Source: Cyclobacteriaceae bacterium (lineage in GTDB: Bacteria; Bacteroidota; Bacteroidia; Cytophagales; Cyclobacteriaceae). From it: DNA of 61,548 nt. Location: the NCBI GenBank assembly GCA_019694905.1, contig JAIBBB010000001.1:1-61548 (forward strand). Reading direction: 5' to 3'. Within the stretch, counting starts at the first letter, position 1. Every line of letters begins with the position of its first letter. Shown here one piece after another: positions 1-9,906 of this stretch. The notes beneath the pieces are model-generated. The model saw only the letters and a program-made list of their open reading frames with translations, ran no database searches and was not told where the DNA came from. The position numbers and the translations under genes are program-made.

Positions 1-208
1 TCAGGACTGCCCTGAATTCACTTCAAAATTGGCGCACGCTTCTAATGGCTGAGGGAACAGTTGTTCCCCTGGAGTGTCTGTACGGATGATTCTCGTCAGT
101 ATACATGATGAGATTGATACGGATAGCCGGTGTGATGTGCAGGTTTATTCGTACCAGTGGGTATTGCGCCCCCGGCATAGGTTGTGGAATTTTCGACTTT
201 TAGAGTTT

Positions 209-3200
209 ATGTTGCGTATTCTTTTCTTGCTGCTCTTATCTACTGCGGCAGCAGCACAATTCCCTGTTTCTCCCAACGCCTATGATGACAAGGGCTTGAG
301 AACAGGGCACTGGACAGTGCTCTATGACAGTGCCTGGAAGGAGACTTCAATCGCCGATTCAGCAATCCATTACCGCCTCGTGCGATTTGAGTCAGGCAAG
401 CCTTCCGGAAAGGTTCGTGATTTTTACCGCAACGGCACACGCCAGTGGGAGGGAGAGTTGATTTCTGTCAACCCCGATGTGCAGCACGGTATTATCACCT
501 ATTTCTTTGAGAACGGCAAGCCTCGCTACAATTATGAGGCGCGTGACGGCAAGATGAATGGGTTCTTCAAAGAGTACTCAACCAGGGGTATTCTTCTTCA
601 GGAAGGCTATATGAAGAATGATAGCATGACCGGTACATGGATCATTTATAACTCGGACGGTATCAAGTCGATGGTACTTGAAAAGAAGAGGAATCTGAAC
701 AATGGAACAGTGGTCTCATTATTTCCGGATGGTTCCATAGAGAAGAGGGGATACAAGATTGACGACTTGACAGAGGGCTTGTGGGAGGAATATTATCCTA
801 ACGGTAAGTTGAAAAGCAGGGAACATTTTCATTTGGGTAAATACCATGGGCCTGGCAAGACTTACTATGAAAATGGCCAATTGGAAAGTGAGGGGCAATA
901 CATGAATGATCTCCCGTCAGGAGTATGGCACGTGTATCATGAAAACGGTCAACTTAATCGAACTGGCTCATATGATTCGGCAGGCCTGCGAACAGGCTTG
1001 TGGAAGCACTTTCATGCCAACGGGAAGCCTTACCTCACGGCCTGGAGAAAAGCGGGGAAGCTTCATGGCTCGTACGAGGAGTTTTATGAAGATGGATCCC
1101 CAAAGAAGAGGGGCTATTGTGAGGAAGACCAATGGTCGGGTCCCTACGAGTTCTTTCTGCCCACTGGTGTGGTTGAAAGAAGGGGCACATACGTTGCGGA
1201 CAGCCTCCATGGCCACTGGACATTTTACTTTGAGAGCGGGAAACTACAGTCGGAAGGGAACTATGACAATGGTGCAAAAGATGGAGAGTGGAAATACTAT
1301 TTTGAGAATGGCGCCTTGAGCACAGTGGAATCTTTCCGCAAGGGTGTGTTGCACGGCCAATACACCGACTACTATGAGAATGGTAAAGTGTCCGAGAGGG
1401 TCAACTACGTCAATGGCAAACAGGAAGGGGTATACGAGAAGTTTTACGAGCAGGGTGAACGGAAAACAGTAGGCCCGAAAGTGCAAGGCATGAAGCATGG
1501 CGATTGGTATTGGTATTTTCCGGATGGCCAATTGGATTCGCATGAGCATTTTGACAGCGGTCGTTGGGAAGGCCCCTGGCAGCGATATTATTCCAATGGC
1601 AAGAAGCGTTCGGAGGGCTCAGCAAAAGATGACCTCGAACATGGTTGGAAGAAGATCTATTTCAGAAATGGTCAACTCAATGGTGAGGGTCTCGTCGAGA
1701 AGGCTAAACGCGAGGGCAAATGGACATATTATGACTCGATTTCTGGCAAGATCCAGATACTCGGTGCGTACTATCATGACAAACCGGATGGATTGTGGCG
1801 CTGGCCGCTGGCAAAGTCCAGGCTGGATTCATATGGAGTTTATAACAAGGGATATCAGGAGACATTCGGCAACATTGAAGACAGCTTGAAAAGGCTGGCG
1901 GATGAACACTACACTGATCAATTGATGCCAACCTGGCTGTGGCTGAACAAGGTTCGAAAGCGCGACTTTGGCAACGAGCCTTACCACAAGGCAAAGATGA
2001 TTTTCTGGAGTGCATACATCGAATCATCCAACGGGAGGTACAAAGAGGCAGAGAAATCATACCTCGACTATATTGAGAAAATCCGTGTACTGAAAGGTGA
2101 CACATCCTACCAGTATGCAACGGCAGTCAACAACCTCGCAGTAGTGTATGCCGATCAAAAGAAGTATTCCACATCGTATGAGTTGTTGCGCGGCCTGTCA
2201 AAGGGCTACGCGAGCCAGAAGGAGGAAACCCAAAACGAAATTACGCACCACGAAAATCTGGCAATGGCACTGGGGAGAATGTCAGGTGTTCGTGCTCAGA
2301 TTTCGTACATGGAAGATCTCGTCCAACGCAGAAAAGGGAATCCGAGAGCGAAGAACGAATATACGCTTGAGATACTCAATGATCTTGGCAATTTGTACAT
2401 GAGCGATTCCCTTAACTATGAAAGGGCTGAAGGCCACTTAAGGAATGTGATGAGGCTTGCCGATTCAGCTGGACTCAAAGGTTACTATGAATATGCGCTT
2501 GCTCATTACCGAATGGCTACACTGAGACGCGCTCAGGCCAATCGCAAGGATGCGCTTGCGTGGGCGAAGAAAGCGATGGTGTTGCAGGAGCCATATTTTA
2601 AGAGTCACCCTGGCCAGGTGAGCGACACGTATGACATCATTGGCAATCTCTACATGGGCTTGCAATACCCGGACAGCTCGTTTATGACTTATTCAACGCT
2701 CAGAGACCGTTTGACTGAAATCGGCTGGCAACGAACGCCTGACTATGCCTCGGCGCTTGATGGGCTTGGTGAGGTGTACTATGTGAAGTATGAATATGAG
2801 CAAGCATTGAGATTGTGGACAGAAGCGCGTGAAATACTGGAGTCCATCAGGGCAACGCAGCGTATCGAGTACGTCGATGTGCTGCAAGCACTCGCTATGG
2901 TGGTTCAAAAAGTAGATGATAAGCGCGAACGCGAGGCTGAGGAATACCTCTTGAGAGCAGTTGCGTTGGAAATGTCCGTACGGGGAAAGAACTGGAAATA
3001 CCGTACCATGAGTCTATCACTCGCCGAATTCTATACGAGTCGGGGTAAATATGAAGATGCCCGGCGAGTGCTGGAGCAGCTTTTGCCGGAAATCTCGGAA
3101 GCAAATGGCACGGCAGGATTGGAGTATGCTGTTGCCCTGGAAGCCATGGCAGAGAACGAATATGAATCCATACACTATCAAAAGTCCATTGATATTCACT

Positions 3201-6181
3201 TGAAGGCCTTGGCCATCCTGGAGCAATTCCAGACCAGTTATCCCTTGAACTACATCAAATGCCTGAGCCAGTTGGGTTGGGCCAACATACGCCTTGTTCG
3301 ATATGTTGAGTCGGAGTCTTACATGCGCAAGGCCGTTACCGCTGCGCGTGAACTTATTGGGCCGGACTCTCAGGTGACCATCACCGCACTCGACGACCTG
3401 TCTGCCGTGCTGAGGTATGCCGAATTGTATTCAGAGGCTGAAAAGACGGCGAGGGAAATGTTAGTGGTCACGAGGAAGAACATGGGGGAGCGTAATCTTA
3501 AGTATGCTTACGGCCTTCACACCCTGGCCATGATTTTGCGCGATGCGGGCAATTTGAAGGGCGCCATCGAGCAATACCAGAGGTATCTGAAATTGGTTGA
3601 GGAAATTAAAGGACGGGTTAGCGTGGATTATGCAGATGGCCTTGGTGCAATAGCGGCAATTCAACAACGACTTGGTAATATAAAGGAAGCCGAGCGTGCC
3701 TATCTGGAATCCGTTGACATTGCAAGAGCGGTTGTTGACAACAAGACACTCCAGTTTGGATTCTATCTCAGGGACATCGGAAATTTCTACCTGAGAGAAG
3801 GCATGTACAGCAGTGCGGAGTCTTACTTGTCAACGTATGTCGAACTAGCTCGCCTTGAGTTTGGCTCAGAGAGCCCTCAGTACGCTAACGCAATAGGAAT
3901 TTTTGCTGAACTGAAAGGCAATACGGACCGATTCCAGGAAGCTGAAGAAATGTACCTTCAGTCGGTGGCCATTCACAAGAGGTACATCGGAGACAGGTTT
4001 GGTAACTACATCCGCGCAGCGGAGCGACTTCAAAAATTCTATTACCTCTTTGGCAGAAATCAGGAGGCATTGGATCAGGTCAATGCATTGCTGCCACTGG
4101 TTGCTGAAAAATGGGGCAAGGGAAGTGACTATATAGATGATGTGCTGTTCAAGTCGGGAATATTGCTCTCCATGGAGCAGTACGATTCGGCCAGAGCCAC
4201 AGCTGCCTTGGCATTGCGAATGGCTGAAGTGTTGTACGCGCGGGGAGACTACCATATTCTTGATGCGCATAACCTCATGGGTATTGCTGATATCAGACAA
4301 TTGCGACTGGATAGTGCAGAGTATCACTTTAATTATTGTATCGAGCAACGCAAACTCGCCGGTGCTGAAAAGTTCACCCCCTATGCTGCGTCACTGAACA
4401 ATTTGGGCACCGTCTTCATGGAACGGGGTGATTATGCAAAGGCTGAACAATTGTATAAGCAGTCGGGCCGGATCAATGAAGCCAATGGCTACAGGGAGGG
4501 AATGAATAACAATGACCTGAATCTCGGCAAACTCTACAATGCCATGAATCGTGTAGATCTTGCAGAGAGTTTCTTTCATCAGGCCGTCGATGCCAGGAGG
4601 AAAGTGATTTTACATAATTTCTACTTCCTGAGCGACAGGGAGAAGGCAGCATTCTGGAAGTCTAACCGACACTTTATAGAATACTATCAGTCATTCGCCG
4701 TGCAGCGTGGAAAGCAGAAACCCGCTTTGCTGGCTGACCTTTACAACTTGCAGCTTTCAACCAAGGGGTTGCTGTTGAATTCATCCAATAAAATCAAGAA
4801 GCGGATTCTTTCGAGCCGGGATTCACTGATGGTTAACGAGTATTTTGGCTGGCTGCGACAGCGGGATGCTTTGGCACAACTCTATTCACTTGGTAAGGAG
4901 GAACAGCAAAAGCGTAAAGCTGAACTGGACTCTTTGGAAAGGGCGGCACGAGCAACCGAGAAAAACCTGAATATTACAGCGGAAGATCTGGAGAAGGACC
5001 GCGGACGAGAAACCACCTGGCGCGATGTCCAACGTGCTCTCGCTCCGAACGAAGCCGCCATAGAGGTCGTCAGGGTCAGGCACCATTCAACTCACCGAAC
5101 GGATAGCGTATTGTATGTTGCACTCGTGCTGACAGCGGATAAAAGGGATGGGCCTGCTGCGGTGGTATTTGCCAACGGAGCCCGGCTGGAAGGCCGAGGA
5201 CTTCGTTACTACCGCAATGCTGTGCAGGCTCAGCTTGTTGATACCATGTCGTACTCTTTGTTCTGGAAGGATGTCGAGCCGTTATTGAAGGGCAAACGCA
5301 GGCTTTTCATTTCGCTGGACGGAGTTTACAACTCTGTTAATCTGAACACGCTTCGCCTTCCTGACGGTTCCTTCTTTGTAGATCGCTGGCAGGTTACTCT
5401 GGTTTCGAGCACCCGTGATGTTCCGTTGCTCAAGCGAGGATCCGGAGTGCATACCCGAAACAATGCGGCACTGATGGGGTTCCCTCGTTATTTCCTCGGC
5501 AAGGACAAGTTGCGCAGCCGAATTACCACAGAGCGGAGTGTTGATTTGAATCTGCTTCCCGATGAAGACCGCAGCGGTGTAGCGCCGCTGCCAGGCACCC
5601 GTGAAGAAATCACGAAAGTGGGATCCATTTTATCCAGCCATCATTGGGAGGTGGATACTTTCATCGAAGATGATGCCACTGAAGAAGCGGTCAAAGAAAT
5701 GCGGCAGCCGGGTGTACTCCACATTGCTACACATGGTTTTTTTACTGAAATACATGGTGAAGGCGTCGATCCTATGCTTCGTGCAGGCCTGCTGTTTACG
5801 GGCGCGGCTAACTTCCTGCAGGATGACCTGAAGCCGGCACGTGACAATGGAATTCTGACGGCATACGAAGCGGCCAACCTGAATCTTGACAATACCGACC
5901 TGGTTATTCTCAGTGCCTGTGAGACAGCCCGTGGAGAGATAGAGAACGGCGAAGGCGTATACGGACTGCAGCGAGCTTTTCAAACAGCCGGTGCCAAGGC
6001 CATTCTCATGAGTTTGTGGAAAGTGGACGATGAAGCCACTCAGGAATTGATGTCCAATTTCTATCAGGGCTGGATGAAGGGATATTCGAAATCGGATGCT
6101 TTCCGGTCTGCCCAAATGGTCTTGAGACAGAAATACCCTAGTCCCTATTACTGGGGCGCCTTCGTGCTTCTTGGAGAGTAA
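209..6181 (+). CDS. Exported MORN-variant repeat + TPR + CHAT domain protease
   Basis: ATG at 209 gives a signal peptide (MLRILFLLLLSTAAAAQ). Next come ~550 aa of G.W..YY.NG.L...G.Y repeats, a long TPR-like helical region, and a C-terminal CHAT domain with HIATHGFF, LSACETARG, SLWKVDD and PYYWGAFVL. Confidence 0.9.
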   Translation: MLRILFLLLLSTAAAAQFPVSPNAYDDKGLRTGHWTVLYDSAWKETSIADSAIHYRLVRFESGKPSGKVRDFYRNGTRQWEGELISVNPDVQHGIITYFFENGKPRYNYEARDGKMNGFFKEYSTRGILLQEGYMKNDSMTGTWIIYNSDGIKSMVLEKKRNLNNGTVVSLFPDGSIEKRGYKIDDLTEGLWEEYYPNGKLKSREHFHLGKYHGPGKTYYENGQLESEGQYMNDLPSGVWHVYHENGQLNRTGSYDSAGLRTGLWKHFHANGKPYLTAWRKAGKLHGSYEEFYEDGSPKKRGYCEEDQWSGPYEFFLPTGVVERRGTYVADSLHGHWTFYFESGKLQSEGNYDNGAKDGEWKYYFENGALSTVESFRKGVLHGQYTDYYENGKVSERVNYVNGKQEGVYEKFYEQGERKTVGPKVQGMKHGDWYWYFPDGQLDSHEHFDSGRWEGPWQRYYSNGKKRSEGSAKDDLEHGWKKIYFRNGQLNGEGLVEKAKREGKWTYYDSISGKIQILGAYYHDKPDGLWRWPLAKSRLDSYGVYNKGYQETFGNIEDSLKRLADEHYTDQLMPTWLWLNKVRKRDFGNEPYHKAKMIFWSAYIESSNGRYKEAEKSYLDYIEKIRVLKGDTSYQYATAVNNLAVVYADQKKYSTSYELLRGLSKGYASQKEETQNEITHHENLAMALGRMSGVRAQISYMEDLVQRRKGNPRAKNEYTLEILNDLGNLYMSDSLNYERAEGHLRNVMRLADSAGLKGYYEYALAHYRMATLRRAQANRKDALAWAKKAMVLQEPYFKSHPGQVSDTYDIIGNLYMGLQYPDSSFMTYSTLRDRLTEIGWQRTPDYASALDGLGEVYYVKYEYEQALRLWTEAREILESIRATQRIEYVDVLQALAMVVQKVDDKREREAEEYLLRAVALEMSVRGKNWKYRTMSLSLAEFYTSRGKYEDARRVLEQLLPEISEANGTAGLEYAVALEAMAENEYESIHYQKSIDIHLKALAILEQFQTSYPLNYIKCLSQLGWANIRLVRYVESESYMRKAVTAARELIGPDSQVTITALDDLSAVLRYAELYSEAEKTAREMLVVTRKNMGERNLKYAYGLHTLAMILRDAGNLKGAIEQYQRYLKLVEEIKGRVSVDYADGLGAIAAIQQRLGNIKEAERAYLESVDIARAVVDNKTLQFGFYLRDIGNFYLREGMYSSAESYLSTYVELARLEFGSESPQYANAIGIFAELKGNTDRFQEAEEMYLQSVAIHKRYIGDRFGNYIRAAERLQKFYYLFGRNQEALDQVNALLPLVAEKWGKGSDYIDDVLFKSGILLSMEQYDSARATAALALRMAEVLYARGDYHILDAHNLMGIADIRQLRLDSAEYHFNYCIEQRKLAGAEKFTPYAASLNNLGTVFMERGDYAKAEQLYKQSGRINEANGYREGMNNNDLNLGKLYNAMNRVDLAESFFHQAVDARRKVILHNFYFLSDREKAAFWKSNRHFIEYYQSFAVQRGKQKPALLADLYNLQLSTKGLLLNSSNKIKKRILSSRDSLMVNEYFGWLRQRDALAQLYSLGKEEQQKRKAELDSLERAARATEKNLNITAEDLEKDRGRETTWRDVQRALAPNEAAIEVVRVRHHSTHRTDSVLYVALVLTADKRDGPAAVVFANGARLEGRGLRYYRNAVQAQLVDTMSYSLFWKDVEPLLKGKRRLFISLDGVYNSVNLNTLRLPDGSFFVDRWQVTLVSSTRDVPLLKRGSGVHTRNNAALMGFPRYFLGKDKLRSRITTERSVDLNLLPDEDRSGVAPLPGTREEITKVGSILSSHHWEVDTFIEDDATEEAVKEMRQPGVLHIATHGFFTEIHGEGVDPMLRAGLLFTGAANFLQDDLKPARDNGILTAYEAANLNLDNTDLVILSACETARGEIENGEGVYGLQRAFQTAGAKAILMSLWKVDDEATQELMSNFYQGWMKGYSKSDAFRSAQMVLRQKYPSPYYWGAFVLLGE

Positions 6182-6394
6182 CCACCGATTAGGTGGCTAA
6201 ACACGTAAATTAGGGAAGGATGATATAGCAATTTTGCTTTACGCCTAATCTTGCTTAACTTTATTATTGGTCGAGTCGGCCCTGGCGGAGTAAGCACCCC
6301 TATGCTGCCATTGGGAAGGATGTGGAGTAGGTATCGTTGGTAACACAGGTTGAATACTTGCCGGATGAATCAGATCGCAACTATTTTTTAAGCT

Positions 6395-6859
6395 ATGAGT
6401 CGTTTCCAAAGTAACGGCATGAGTTTGCGCATCAACCGGGATGTATTGGATGCCCTTAACCTGAGGCGGCAGTTCCATGAGTTCTCATTTCCCGAGATAG
6501 TAGGCGTTGACACAGAGGTTAACACAGTCCGACTGAGCCTGATGATTGGTTCGCTTGTATTGTTGGCTGCGCTGCTTGCAGGCTACTATTTGTTTTCCGG
6601 ACTGCACATGGCAGATGCCTCATTGCCAGAGTTTACATTGGGTGACTCGTCTTTATTTACCGTAGTCATCTGGTCATTCATTTTGATTTGCATCTTCTTT
6701 TCCGGCGCGATGCAACCCGACCGCCTTCTCGTACTGGAAACCCGTGGAGGAAAAATCTGGCGTGCTCAGGTGTCTGGGGTTCTCGAACACAAGATTCAGG
6801 AAATTGAACGCGCGAAGGGCGTCATCAACAAGGTCTTCAATCATCATTTCGACAACTAG
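6395..6859 (+). CDS. Hypothetical membrane protein (2 TM)
   Basis: 154-aa ORF with two hydrophobic segments; no family recognised. Confidence 0.55.
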   Translation: MSRFQSNGMSLRINRDVLDALNLRRQFHEFSFPEIVGVDTEVNTVRLSLMIGSLVLLAALLAGYYLFSGLHMADASLPEFTLGDSSLFTVVIWSFILICIFFSGAMQPDRLLVLETRGGKIWRAQVSGVLEHKIQEIERAKGVINKVFNHHFDN

Positions 6860-7091
6860 CATTTTCGCTGTTGTAGTGATTTTTGCCAGCGGATTCAAAG
6901 TCGCCTGAGCCAAGCTCTCCGTTGGACTTCTCACAATTCAATTGGTGCATTGCACCTGGCCACGGAACACAGGCACAGAGCATTTTTGCTCAGCGCCTAT
7001 CGCATCCACGCCACTAAACAGGGCATTCATGCACTGACAATTAAAGTTCTGACAGTAATTTCTAACTCAACGCATGGTTGAGAACAGTAAG

Positions 7092-7107
7092 ATTGCAATA
7101 TTGGAAT
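7092..7107. promoter_or_regulatory. Putative operator for the XRE regulator
   Basis: Near-perfect palindrome ATTGCAATATTGGAAT about 60 bp upstream of the HTH gene. Confidence 0.35.
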
Positions 7108-7168
7108 AGTAATTCTCTGAACTGCCCCCGCGGAGATGAAAGTATAGCAATCAAATTATTATCGCGGC

Positions 7169-7411
7169 ATGGTAGACAAAGCAACGTTCACAAAACAAAT
7201 GGGTGTGTTCATCCGAACACAGCGACACCGTCGACAAATGACCATCGATCAACTCGCGGCTGCATCAGAACTTCCCTATTCACAAATCGCACGAATTGAG
7301 CGAGGAAAGATTTCTACTTCGGTGTATACACTTTACAGACTTGCACTGGCACTGGGAATCAGTTTTCGTGACATGGACTGGGAGAAAATATCATCAAAAA
7401 CCGGCGACTAG
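7169..7411 (+). CDS. XRE-family helix-turn-helix transcriptional regulator
   Basis: IRTQRHRRQMTIDQLAAASELPYSQIARIERGKISTSVYTLYRLALALG matches the HTH_3 pattern. Confidence 0.85.
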   Translation: MVDKATFTKQMGVFIRTQRHRRQMTIDQLAAASELPYSQIARIERGKISTSVYTLYRLALALGISFRDMDWEKISSKTGD

Positions 7412-7418
7412 CGTTTGA

Positions 7419-8153
7419 CTAACGCAAGGGAGAAAAGTCGAGCGCGCGCAAATACACCGACTCCACTTTCTCAACGATCCGACCCTCCTTTTCAGATTCA
7501 TCTCTCGCTTTGATCCAGGCAGGATCTTTGCCAAAGGCATCCTAGGATTGTTTTGCAGATGCTTCGCTTTGGTGCGCCAGCCAGTAGACAAGTTTGGGTT
7601 GTTCACCCTCAACTGCATCAGTCGTGTAGTAGGCGATATTCTTCATGCCATGACTTTCGAAAATGCCAAGTGTGTGCGCCCGGAATCTGTCCATCAGATT
7701 GGGAAGTCGCCCCGGGAAGCAGGTGTAGATGCGAAGCTCAAATACCTTTGAAGCAGCATCTATGCTGGTGGTTGACATGGGAAGATCAGTAGGGTGCAGG
7801 TACGTAGACTTGACAGAATCAACAAATTCTATAGGATACCGACTCTTTACAGTGATCCATTCGGGGTCTGACTGAAAAGCTTTCCATGATTGTTCCCTTG
7901 CATTGCGATCTGGATAAGAGAGGACATAATACAGCGCCTGTCGGGTGTTATCCACAGGTACCCAATAACCTTCATTTTTCATTCCGTGTTTCTCGAACAG
8001 CCCGGTGGTATGATTGCGAAATCGGCCAATCAATGCATCAAGCTGTCCAGAATGAGCGTAATAGATTCTCAACTCGTAAAAGCGACCTTGAGTGGATTGG
8101 GCAGTTACCGGGTAAGTTGCCAGTAACAGCAGCGCCAGGGTGATTCTTTTCAT
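7419..8153 (-). pseudogene. Exported double-NIPSNAP family protein interrupted by an in-frame TAG at 7542-7544
   Basis: Signal peptide MKRITLALLLL and two YELRIY/FELRIY NIPSNAP repeats. After the TAG the frame continues for 40 codons (DAFGKDPAWIKARDESEKEGRIVEKVESVYLRALDFSPLR), matching the end of repeat 1. Confidence 0.8.
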
Positions 8154-8605
8154 AGTCGTTTGGTTCGTTTTGTCTTCTTCTTTGCCGCTTTCTTTTTTTT
8201 CCGTGCGATCTTCCTTTGCAGCCCCCAATACGCTGTTCCGTAGCCAACGAAAATTTCTTCGCCGGCTTTGATGTCGCGTATTGCCTCGATGTAACATCGG
8301 CGTCCGACGCTTACATATTCCGAATTGTTGGATAAGCCGTCGATCCGGACAAATCCCCTGGCGTCATTTGCGTAACGACCCAGTGTATGAATGGCAGGCT
8401 CTGCGTTGATCACGCAATACCGGTTGATGTACATGAGGTAGCCATTTCTTCCATCATCATCTTTGACCTCACTCCAGGGTTGGATTCTTCCTTTATACTC
8501 CACAAACCTTTTGCCTTTGGGTATATCAATAGTTGTGAAAAGTCCCTTCCCTGCACCCGGCAGGGTTGAGATCTTCACTCTGAGATACTTTTCTAAGAAT
8601 GCCAT
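8150..8605 (-). CDS. SET domain protein-lysine methyltransferase-like protein
   Basis: GAGKGLF, RYANDA and RDIKAGEEIFVGYG SET motifs; Lys-rich tail; ATGA overlap with the NIPSNAP gene. Confidence 0.85.
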   Translation of the reverse strand: MAFLEKYLRVKISTLPGAGKGLFTTIDIPKGKRFVEYKGRIQPWSEVKDDDGRNGYLMYINRYCVINAEPAIHTLGRYANDARGFVRIDGLSNNSEYVSVGRRCYIEAIRDIKAGEEIFVGYGTAYWGLQRKIARKKKKAAKKKTKRTKRL

Positions 8606-8741
8606 GCGAATTTCTATATCAACACCGCTAAAGGTGATTTAGCCGAAGCCCTCAATTTGCAGATTATTTTGCGGAAATGGGCAGGGGAAGTCCATGGAAT
8701 GGGCCCGGAAGGTGATATTTCTTCACCGGGGATAGGCTTAT

Positions 8742-8755
8742 GTAACAAAAGTTAC
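8742..8755. promoter_or_regulatory. Inverted repeat operator candidate
   Basis: GTAAC-AAAA-GTTAC about 50 bp upstream of the thioredoxin operon. Confidence 0.4.
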
Positions 8756-8804
8756 CGAGCAAGCACAGCCTGTCGGCTTTCTTGCGTGATAAACTATTAT
8801 ACGT

Positions 8805-9179
8805 ATGACAATCCAGCTTACGAAAGATGCATTCAAGAAGGATGTATTCGACTATGAAAATGCTTCAGAATGGAAATACCAGGGCCAACTGCCAGCCATT
8901 ATAGACTTTTATGCCGACTGGTGCGGCCCGTGTAAAATGGTTGCACCCGTACTTGAGGAGCTATCGAAAGAGTACGAAGGCAAGCTTATTATTTACAAAG
9001 TGGACACGGAAGTAGAGCAGGAACTGGCCGCCATCTTTGACGTCAGAAGTATACCCACATTCCTCTTTATCCCGGTAACAGGCACGCCTATGCTGCAGCC
9101 AGGGGCTCTGCCCAAAAATGTATTCAAGCGTGTGATTGACGAGCAGTTGATTGTTCAGAAGACTCCCGTTGCACTATGA
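8805..9179 (+). CDS. trxA: Thioredoxin
   Basis: DFYADWCGPCKM active site and SIPT cis-Pro loop. Confidence 0.9.
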   Translation: MTIQLTKDAFKKDVFDYENASEWKYQGQLPAIIDFYADWCGPCKMVAPVLEELSKEYEGKLIIYKVDTEVEQELAAIFDVRSIPTFLFIPVTGTPMLQPGALPKNVFKRVIDEQLIVQKTPVAL

Positions 9180-9448
9180 ACCTCATACAAGATCTACTCG
9201 CGCGCACAAAAACGGGATGGACATGGACCCGTGCATTGTACATGTTCATGGGGGCCTATATTTCAGTCCGGGCAGGACTGGATGGCCAATGGCCATTGAT
9301 CTTCTTTGGATTCTACTTCTTTCTTATGGGTTTGTTCTCCTTTGGCTGTGCCTCCGGACGCTGTTATACACCACCCTCTTCGCAGTCGAATCAGCGGCGG
9401 ATTGAGACTATTACGCTGCCAGTCAATTCACCTAAGGAGGATCAATAG
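9176..9448 (+). CDS. Small 2-TM membrane protein (YgaP/DUF2892-like)
   Basis: Two hydrophobic segments followed by GCASGRC; ATGA overlap with the thioredoxin gene. Confidence 0.6.
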   Translation: MNLIQDLLARTKTGWTWTRALYMFMGAYISVRAGLDGQWPLIFFGFYFFLMGLFSFGCASGRCYTPPSSQSNQRRIETITLPVNSPKEDQ

Positions 9449-9453
9449 CCAGT

Positions 9454-9855
9454 ATGTTTCAGAAGGGCCAGAAGCTCTATAGCATTGTCCATCACCGTTG
9501 TCCGCGGTGTCATGAAGGAAAACTTTTTTTGACAGCCCCCTATCACCGGGACTTCATGAAAATGCCTGAGCGGTGTGAGGTATGTGGTCTACGCTATGAA
9601 TTGGAACCAGCCTTCTTTTATGGTGCGTTGTACGTAAGTCATGCCCTGCATGTAGCCTGGATGACCGCTGCCTATATCGCATTGAGAGTATTGTTCAACC
9701 CTCCGACAGATGTGTATATCCTCGTGATGTTTGTGGGCGCCGCCATCATGTTGCCCATGACGCTCAGGCTGGCCCGGACGATCTACATCAATTTCTTTAT
9801 TCTCTATCGCGGCGCACAGCCACCCAATCGAATCGCCGAAGGACATCAGGGCTGA
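9454..9855 (+). CDS. DUF983-family membrane protein
   Basis: RCPRCHEGKLF...CEVCG..YELEPAFFYGALYVS followed by two TM segments. Confidence 0.8.
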   Translation: MFQKGQKLYSIVHHRCPRCHEGKLFLTAPYHRDFMKMPERCEVCGLRYELEPAFFYGALYVSHALHVAWMTAAYIALRVLFNPPTDVYILVMFVGAAIMLPMTLRLARTIYINFFILYRGAQPPNRIAEGHQG

Positions 9856-9906
9856 TGCAATGGGCTTCCGGTCAGGATGCGTTATCTTAGCCAAAACGCT
9901 TCCTCC

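Noticed and set aside
74-208. Extended N-terminus of the CHAT ORF from GTG 74
   Set aside because: ATG 209 gives a clean signal peptide. Similar over-extended starts were trimmed for NIPSNAP, PqaA, Nth, SusD, SusE, LLM and the last lipoprotein.
290-1860. YwqK-type toxin-antitoxin module
   Set aside because: The repeats are fused into a large protease, and no adjacent toxin gene is visible in the window.
6860-7080. Open frame continuing after the TAG of ORF 6395-6859
   Set aside because: The translation has no protein-like pattern or internal homology, unlike the NIPSNAP and TPR cases.
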